A DNA stretch of 64,000 nt from a virus. This document shows, one piece after another, positions 57,327 through 64,000 of this stretch. Numbering within the stretch: the first letter of the stretch is position 1; the number at the start of each line of letters is the position of its first letter. The stretch covers positions 32,001 to 96,000 of the IMG/VR virus record IMGVR_UViG_3300025141_000029; one strand, 5' to 3'. The position numbers were made by a program, and so were the translations under genes. The notes beneath the pieces were generated by a model. It searched no databases. It was not told the DNA's origin and saw nothing but the letters and a program-made list of their open reading frames with translations.

Positions 57327-60300
57327 TTAAAAGTAATTACCACCAATATCGGGGTCTTTATCAGTACCATCAGCGCCCATATCAGGTGTCCCGGGGAGAC
57401 CAGTTGAGGTACCATCGCTGCCGGCAGAGGGCGTTCCTAAACCTGAAGTACCACCAGTGGTGCCAACTCCACTAACTCCTGAAGTGCCCACACTGCCGAC
57501 ACCGGTCGTCGTTGGTGACCATGTAGTTCCTGGAGTACCAGGACTGTTAGATTCCATGGGCATGCCCATGGCCCCAATATTAAATTTAATAATTGGATCT
57601 GCCGGGTTGTCGAGGCCGCCTATTTTATCCTCTGGGGTACTGAGTACAAGCTGTTTAAACAAATCAGGAGGAATTCCCAGAATGGTTTCTTTTTTGCCGC
57701 CAGAGCCCATGGGGGGCATTGGTGGTGTGGTAAATTCCACATCATCAATAGTTGTTGGCGGTGAAACAAAAACCATTGGATTAATAATAAAATATTTATT
57801 AAAAAGTGGCAGCTCTAAAAATTTATTATTATATACGCCGTATAGACGATCTTGTATACGATCAAGTTTACATACGAGCGCCTTGCCCGCTGATGCAACT
57901 TGAGTAAAAATATCCGCCGTTAAGCGAGCCCAAACAGGATTAAATAATTTATCTAAATTTACTAAATATTTTACCTCAACAAGATTTGAATAGTTGAACC
58001 ACCACCACCCAAAGGTTTCTAGACTCAAAGAAGATTCTTCGAAAACATCTTTTTCAACTTGTAGACCATTATTTCGCAGCGCGGGCTTAAAGAGATCGGC
58101 CTGGCCGGCAAGGGATTGATCAATAAATAATGATTTTATGCCACTGGCGCGCTGTGCCATGGCCGACTGGCTCGGCACGTCGGCTTCTGTTAATGAATAA
58201 ATCGTTAATTCTTTATTATTTTCTAAAATAATTTCATTCAAAATACCAAATAATAAAGAATCCATCTCATCAGTTAGGTTGATGTCAAAGCCAACTTGTG
58301 GCATTGGATCTCCAGTTGGGGGCACAACGTTGTCTTCATAATAATCTTGTCCCTCGTCAATGTCGATAGGCGTTGCAAGACCAGTGGTGGAGAGCGGCGA
58401 TGACTGCTGTTGTGTATTGTCTTTTTCCGAAGAATCTACAAAATCATCCATATTGGCGTCAGGATTACTAATCGCGATAGCATCATTTAAATATCCTAGT
58501 TGCTTTTGTATATCATTCGAAAACAAAACTCCATAATGAGAAGCTATAGTTAATAATTTTCTAATTTGATCTAAAACTTCTACGCCCTCGGCCGATTTTT
58601 GATTATACTTTGAAATATAAAATTTTATTATATCTAAAATAATATTCTTATATGTATTATATTTTTTCTGATATGGGAGCAAAGGTCCATCAGTATCATA
58701 ATCGGTTCTAAGTTCTTCATCCTCCAACAATGTAAATAAAGGCGTGAAGTATGATGTTCTATAAAGAGAAACCGCAAAATAAGCATCGGCGTCGCTAAAT
58801 TTATCACTTGAACGATTAAAATATTTATCAATTTCGCCAACTGCACGGTTTTCAAACTGCTGAGAACTTAATTCGCGAAGTCCGGTGCCGGATTGAGATT
58901 GTGCGCTTGAAAAAATATATTCATATCCAGTTTTATTAAAACTCTCCAAGTCGACTATGTGAGGTATATTCTCGCTCAAAGTAATTGTATCATGCATTCC
59001 AGAAGAAGATTTTGAGTATACACCAGATGCATCATTCAAAGAAGAAATAGAGCCTTCCGATGCTTTAATTGTATCAAAAACTATTTCTATTTTGTCGTCA
59101 ACAATTGTTGTTTGTGTAAAATTAAGGATATCTTTTTTTATACCAGATATTTTTTGAAATTTTTGTATGAATGTATCATAAACTTTTGCACATTTAAGCA
59201 AGCCCTGATAGTTGCCAAGCTGGGGGCTAGCAATAAGGAAAAGTTTATTTGCTAGAGTGCTCATACCACTAGCATTAAAATCAAACAACATAAATATGTT
59301 TTGTAACGCGAGCGCCGCCTCCCACTCGTGAGTATACCAGGCAGTGGCGCCGCCTTGCATCCACCCGGTGCCGGCCACATATATCCAATCGCTTTCAATC
59401 GCACTAACATTAAATTGATCAGTCAAATCATTATAATATCTTGGTAAATTACTATTAATAAAACTAATATAATTATTTATAAATTCACGATTACGATACA
59501 AGTCTGCTAATCTTTGTTGAAGATATTTTTTAATTCCATCCTCCATCACCAGTTCAACATAATATTGATATTGTCCTTTGTATTTGTCAACAAGAGATTG
59601 GTCCTTAAAAGATAGAAATAAAAATGATTTTTCCAAAATTTCATCATTAGAAAAATTTAAATTACTTATTTTTTTTATATTAGAAGAGCTGTCTGTTTCT
59701 GAATATCTGGCTATTTGTATCGGTATAGCATCTTCATAAGAGTTTTCTATATCAGCATCAAGAACAAAATTTATATAGCTATTTTGATCTTCAACGCGTG
59801 TGCCTAATTTGTTTTCACCAGTTTCATTTAAGCTAACTCTCTTCCGAAAAACATTAATTTCTACTATTTTAGATAAGTCTAGCACTTCCTTAATTATATT
59901 TCTTATCGTCGCATTTTCAGAAGCAACACTAGCAGGATCTATTGCCATTTGGATCTGGATCCAGGCCACAGTATCTTTTATATTTTTAGCAATTGTTTTA
60001 AACAAAGAATTATTAAATAATATTTTAGATTTATCGAACGCAATAAAATAGCCGGCCCCGCCGTCATTTAAACGCGACATAAAACTAAAAGTATATGCTT
60101 CTTTTGATTCGAGGCCGATACTAGAATCTGTTATTCTTGGCTGCCTATGAGCTTTGTTTAAGACATCATATTTATCTTCCAGCTGATAGAGATCTTTTAG
60201 AAAAACTTTTTCAATTTCTTCATCATCTCTTAAATCAACAATTTTCATGCTGGGCAACAGAAGGGGTTTTAAGACAACATCGCGGTCGGCAGCTGCTATA

Positions 60301-61217
60301 GAGGAATCTCCATGTGTTAGACCGGTCATAAGATGAGCAAGGGTTTCACCATCTGATAAATACATCGCATGATAATCACCAAACCAAAATTCATTATTAT
60401 CAGCACGTTGAAGTAAATAACTATTATTACTTAATACACCATTTCGAAAAATAATATCAGAAGTTATTCCGATTGAAGAGGGATCGGCAGCTAGTTCACT
60501 TAAAGTATCTTGAATATCACTTGTGATGGTAACTTCACCAAGTGAAGAAGCTAAATGATCTATTACGGCCTCGGGATCAATACTAGTTCTAACAAAAAAT
60601 CCCAAGTGTGAAGGATTTTTATTTTCATATATATAAGGCTCTAGCCTAATTGGTATATTATATGTGGTTGTTCCGTCTGCTAAAGTACCTAAATATTTTT
60701 CTTTCTCTCGGCCTTCGGCGGCGTCAAATTTATTTAATTCTGTTGCAACATTAATGGACGTTACCCTGGGTGAATCCCCGCCGAATAATGTCATGGACGC
60801 GTCGTGGTCTACCTGCCAAATTTTATTAAAATCACTTGCGAATATAGGACCCACTTTATTTAAAATAATTTGTATTTGATTATTTGCGTGAGCATCAATC
60901 TCATAAACTGTAACCCTAACCATGCTCATCAAATCAATTTTATTTAACCAAGAGGAAAGAAGCTTGTTGGATGTTTTGCTCTTCTTTTTATAAATTCCCT
61001 CTATAGACAAAGTTAAAGTAACTTTAAGACTTTGATCAGTACCTTCCACACTTGGAGATATGAATTGTCCGCCTTCACCAGGTGGAAAATCAAAATGAGG
61101 ATCTTTCATAAACTTATTGGGGGGCGCGCCAGTCTCAAGCAAAATTTGTTCTATTTTTGCTTTTGGAAGTCCGGATTTAATAAAATCGCTTAATGTCTTG
61201 ATATTATTTGAGGCCAT
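57327..61217 (-). CDS. Large hypothetical virion protein (1296 aa) with Gly/Thr/Pro-rich tail
   Basis: Long ORF coupled to the upstream gene. Confidence 0.65.
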   Translation of the reverse strand: MASNNIKTLSDFIKSGLPKAKIEQILLETGAPPNKFMKDPHFDFPPGEGGQFISPSVEGTDQSLKVTLTLSIEGIYKKKSKTSNKLLSSWLNKIDLMSMVRVTVYEIDAHANNQIQIILNKVGPIFASDFNKIWQVDHDASMTLFGGDSPRVTSINVATELNKFDAAEGREKEKYLGTLADGTTTYNIPIRLEPYIYENKNPSHLGFFVRTSIDPEAVIDHLASSLGEVTITSDIQDTLSELAADPSSIGITSDIIFRNGVLSNNSYLLQRADNNEFWFGDYHAMYLSDGETLAHLMTGLTHGDSSIAAADRDVVLKPLLLPSMKIVDLRDDEEIEKVFLKDLYQLEDKYDVLNKAHRQPRITDSSIGLESKEAYTFSFMSRLNDGGAGYFIAFDKSKILFNNSLFKTIAKNIKDTVAWIQIQMAIDPASVASENATIRNIIKEVLDLSKIVEINVFRKRVSLNETGENKLGTRVEDQNSYINFVLDADIENSYEDAIPIQIARYSETDSSSNIKKISNLNFSNDEILEKSFLFLSFKDQSLVDKYKGQYQYYVELVMEDGIKKYLQQRLADLYRNREFINNYISFINSNLPRYYNDLTDQFNVSAIESDWIYVAGTGWMQGGATAWYTHEWEAALALQNIFMLFDFNASGMSTLANKLFLIASPQLGNYQGLLKCAKVYDTFIQKFQKISGIKKDILNFTQTTIVDDKIEIVFDTIKASEGSISSLNDASGVYSKSSSGMHDTITLSENIPHIVDLESFNKTGYEYIFSSAQSQSGTGLRELSSQQFENRAVGEIDKYFNRSSDKFSDADAYFAVSLYRTSYFTPLFTLLEDEELRTDYDTDGPLLPYQKKYNTYKNIILDIIKFYISKYNQKSAEGVEVLDQIRKLLTIASHYGVLFSNDIQKQLGYLNDAIAISNPDANMDDFVDSSEKDNTQQQSSPLSTTGLATPIDIDEGQDYYEDNVVPPTGDPMPQVGFDINLTDEMDSLLFGILNEIILENNKELTIYSLTEADVPSQSAMAQRASGIKSLFIDQSLAGQADLFKPALRNNGLQVEKDVFEESSLSLETFGWWWFNYSNLVEVKYLVNLDKLFNPVWARLTADIFTQVASAGKALVCKLDRIQDRLYGVYNNKFLELPLFNKYFIINPMVFVSPPTTIDDVEFTTPPMPPMGSGGKKETILGIPPDLFKQLVLSTPEDKIGGLDNPADPIIKFNIGAMGMPMESNSPGTPGTTWSPTTTGVGSVGTSGVSGVGTTGGTSGLGTPSAGSDGTSTGLPGTPDMGADGTDKDPDIGGNYF

Positions 61218-62278
61218 TATTCACAAAGCTCCGCATCAGGATTATCTGGAATATCATAAATTTCTGCGCTTGTCCCGGGAATAATCAGATCTTGACAATT
61301 AAATATGAACTTATCTGTGTATGTTGCAACTAGCTTTTCTTGTCCTACGGCCGTACAATAATAAAAATCAGGAATTTCAGAATCAGATAAGATATCAAAA
61401 TAATATTCTACAAATTCTGGATCTTCTGTTCGGTCTCCTGACTCAGAAAAATATAATCTTTTTTCTTCTCCATTTTCTAAAAGTTGATACATTTCAATAT
61501 CAACATTTTCATTTAAAAATTCTGTATTATTTTCTATTGTTTTAATAAAAAATGGTTCCTCTCTTATTGACAAATAAGTGCCATCTTCCGTTATTGGTGA
61601 AGCAAAGTTACTATAAAAAGGATCTTCCGTTATATTATCACCATGTGATATTAACGAATCTGATAGATCTGCTAACGCAGTATCAGGATCTTCTGCTTCA
61701 TCTAAAAGTGCCGGAACATCAGATAGTTCAAAAATTTTTATTTTATATTGTATATCACATTGTAGACGTGGTATTTTTAAATTATGACTTCCAGTTAATA
61801 TTGTAATTGAGCCGGTTAAAGGAGCTGAAAAAAAATTAATATCCCAAGCTGGTGTATAATTGGTTGTATATGCCATGGTTCCCAAAGGACCAAATTTTTC
61901 TAATTCATATTGCTTTTTTTCAAGTACTTCTGGCCCGTATTCTTCTGTTAATTTTTGAGATCCTTCCAAGCTTACATCTTGGAAAAGATTCTCATTAAGT
62001 GTAGCAAAATCAACACCATATGTATCTGCTGTATTTTTATTAATTTTTTCTTCGGCAGAATATAGATAAACTTGTTGTTTCAGGCGTGGTGTCTCTTGTA
62101 TGCGTGTTTCAATATCATTTTGTGCTTCATTTAAGCCGACATATGCCGAACCATATAATATGTCATGATCATAAAAAGCATAATATATTGGATGAAATTC
62201 GCCCATCTGTAACAAACGTTTACCCAAAGGAGTTATTTCAATATCTAATACTTCTTGTTTTCTATCAAAAAATTCCAT
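61217..62278 (-). CDS. Virion protein with N-terminus related to 53023-54048
   Basis: DIEITPLGKRLLQMG.F...YYAFYDHDILY; strong GGAGG SD. Confidence 0.6.
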   Translation of the reverse strand: MEFFDRKQEVLDIEITPLGKRLLQMGEFHPIYYAFYDHDILYGSAYVGLNEAQNDIETRIQETPRLKQQVYLYSAEEKINKNTADTYGVDFATLNENLFQDVSLEGSQKLTEEYGPEVLEKKQYELEKFGPLGTMAYTTNYTPAWDINFFSAPLTGSITILTGSHNLKIPRLQCDIQYKIKIFELSDVPALLDEAEDPDTALADLSDSLISHGDNITEDPFYSNFASPITEDGTYLSIREEPFFIKTIENNTEFLNENVDIEMYQLLENGEEKRLYFSESGDRTEDPEFVEYYFDILSDSEIPDFYYCTAVGQEKLVATYTDKFIFNCQDLIIPGTSAEIYDIPDNPDAELCE

Positions 62279-62307
62279 TTATTTAACCTCCTTTGAATAG
62301 TAGTTCA

Positions 62308-64000
62308 TCATTCGGCAAGTCCTGTTTCTTCGGGTGTAGATTCCGAGGATGGTAAATCCGGAATGTCTATCAACAGATCTGTTTCTATTTTCGCTAATTC
62401 TACCAATGAACAATAATCATAAGGCCAGTTATAACTATAAATATGATCTTTGTTTACTTTTTTAATCTTTGAATCATCGGATATATCTTCAGTAATATTC
62501 GCATAAATATTTTTTGCTCTTTGTTTAACTTTGAAGACCATCCACCTTAGTTGATTTAAAGAATCTTTTATGAATTTTCGTTCGACATTTGCATCTGAAA
62601 TCTTAGACCAAAACTCATTCATTAATTCACCTTCAGCAACTGGTACACTCAATGTAGAGGTTTCTGGTACAACCTTCATTGATATATCCGGCATCACACC
62701 CTGCCAAATATCTGCTAATTCCTGGCGCGTAAAGTGATGTTTAAATTCAAAAGCAAACATCACAAATTGAGGCAAAGCAGTATCTTTACTATTTTCAAAG
62801 TCGTATCTAGGCGGAAAAACAAATTTTTTCATTTTTTTTCTTAAGTTTATAATAGACTCTTTATCATGAACTGGATCTTGACCGGTGCCTTCGACGGCGC
62901 CTGGTGGTATAAATTCTCCCCCAAGAGCAAAAAAGTATTTATCATCATCCGCAGAATAAACACAATCAAAATTATCAGTGATAGAATTGTTGCCTGAGTT
63001 GCCGGCAAAAAATGGTATTGCCACGATACATTCAGAAATCGATTTTTCATAATCAATTGGTAGTTGGCCAATTGGTTTTGAAAAATCAACTGCCTGGCCA
63101 GCAAAGAACATTTTTTCTACTAATGATCCTTCCGTTACTCCCCCAGCTGCACTAAATAGCGCCGATGGATCCGTGTCTCTTAGTGTAATTCGAACTCCTT
63201 CAGAGGAATAATTTGGTATATTTCCGTAACCATTCCACATCCCACGAGCCTTTGTATCGTCTGTGTAGTGATTAAAGTTCAGAACAGGAGATTCAAATTT
63301 TGTTGAAATTACCCAACGCTCATAATTCGAAACATCTTCTGACTCAAACTCAGTTACCACCCCTAGGGTTTCGGATATAAGTGGATTAATTACCTTGCCA
63401 AACAGCTTCAATGAAGAAGAAAGATGCATCATAGTGCTAAGTCCGGCAGATGCGGTCTGTACATAATGACGCAAAGGCAAGTCCGAAGAGCCGGTATCAT
63501 ATGAAGCAGTTGGAATATTATTGAAATTATTTGAATAAGAGGCCGTCATATTATTAAAAATTGTAGCCAAAGATGGTTTCGGCGTATCATCTACTGTATT
63601 GGTATACGCCAAATCGACGGTTGCCTTGCCATAAAAATATGGTGGCGTGTATGGAGCAAATGCCGGATCTTGTCTCTCTAAACCGCCGGCAGTTGAGCCT
63701 GTAAAAAATGCAACTGCTGGTCCGTAAATCGCACCTCTCTTATTTCTCCATCTTCTTTGGAAATTCTTACTAGTAAGATTATCCATATTTGATCCGTTGA
63801 TCATTCCCTCTGTCATAACAGAGCCAGTAATCATTTCAAGATCAATAGACATTCTATATGTAACGCCTTCTTTAAATTCAATATCTTTCATCGGCTTAGA
63901 AACAAAAGATGTCAACCTTGAATCTTTGATAAATAAATTAACAGATTCAGCTAAAAAGTTATTCATTGCGCGTTCATATAAATCATCATTTCGATTACCG
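62308..64000 (-). CDS. C-terminal part of a large virion protein, truncated at the window edge
   Basis: The frame appears open past the ORF-track Met at 63966. It ends YSYNWPYDYCSLVEL. Confidence 0.65.
   Translation of the reverse strand, partial: GNRNDDLYERAMNNFLAESVNLFIKDSRLTSFVSKPMKDIEFKEGVTYRMSIDLEMITGSVMTEGMINGSNMDNLTSKNFQRRWRNKRGAIYGPAVAFFTGSTAGGLERQDPAFAPYTPPYFYGKATVDLAYTNTVDDTPKPSLATIFNNMTASYSNNFNNIPTASYDTGSSDLPLRHYVQTASAGLSTMMHLSSSLKLFGKVINPLISETLGVVTEFESEDVSNYERWVISTKFESPVLNFNHYTDDTKARGMWNGYGNIPNYSSEGVRITLRDTDPSALFSAAGGVTEGSLVEKMFFAGQAVDFSKPIGQLPIDYEKSISECIVAIPFFAGNSGNNSITDNFDCVYSADDDKYFFALGGEFIPPGAVEGTGQDPVHDKESIINLRKKMKKFVFPPRYDFENSKDTALPQFVMFAFEFKHHFTRQELADIWQGVMPDISMKVVPETSTLSVPVAEGELMNEFWSKISDANVERKFIKDSLNQLRWMVFKVKQRAKNIYANITEDISDDSKIKKVNKDHIYSYNWPYDYCSLVELAKIETDLLIDIPDLPSSESTPEETGLAE

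Noticed and set aside
184-62286. Numerous plus-strand ORFs (e.g. 17251-17793, 45163-45615, 57457-57903) and short nested minus-strand ORFs
   Set aside because: They lie opposite or inside well-supported minus-strand genes and show no motifs, so they are shadow frames.
1-64000. Stop-codon reassignment, as seen in some large phages
   Set aside because: Conserved genes are full length in the standard code, and TAA, TAG and TGA all occur as true stops.

Overview
This 64 kb window is a contiguous piece of a large, lytic, distantly T4-like myovirus genome. Essentially every real gene is on the minus strand and reads in the standard genetic code. In transcription order (right to left) it holds: large baseplate/tail-fibre-base virion genes; RuvC; primase; a complete phage tmRNA (tag ANDNVDFEYALAA); four tandem small genes sharing an MKITKxxLxxIIxEE leader; a fatty-acid-hydroxylase-like gene; a fused SbcD-SbcC (gp47-gp46); a putative holin/spanin trio; terminase, portal and prohead protease; ribosomal protein bS21; scaffold and major capsid; neck, sheath and tube; a tail chaperone with a probable +1/-2 frameshift; tape measure and baseplate hub. 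A replication block follows: minimal PolA-like protein, tubulin/FtsZ-like protein, gp32 SSB, UvsX/RecA, 5'-3' exonuclease, gp41 helicase, class II RNR, GroES, ThyX and a lytic transglycosylase. The best candidate for an undescribed system is a modular capsid-cargo addressing code. Unrelated small proteins carry a shared N-terminal leader ending in a gp21-type Glu site, and a ParB-like protein carries the same C-terminal RWKILAG peptide as the scaffold. A late-promoter-like motif (ACTAHTTA, close to the reverse complement of T4 TATAAATA) precedes the leader-gene array, many structural genes and the tmRNA. All product calls rest on motif recognition and gene order; no database search was run.
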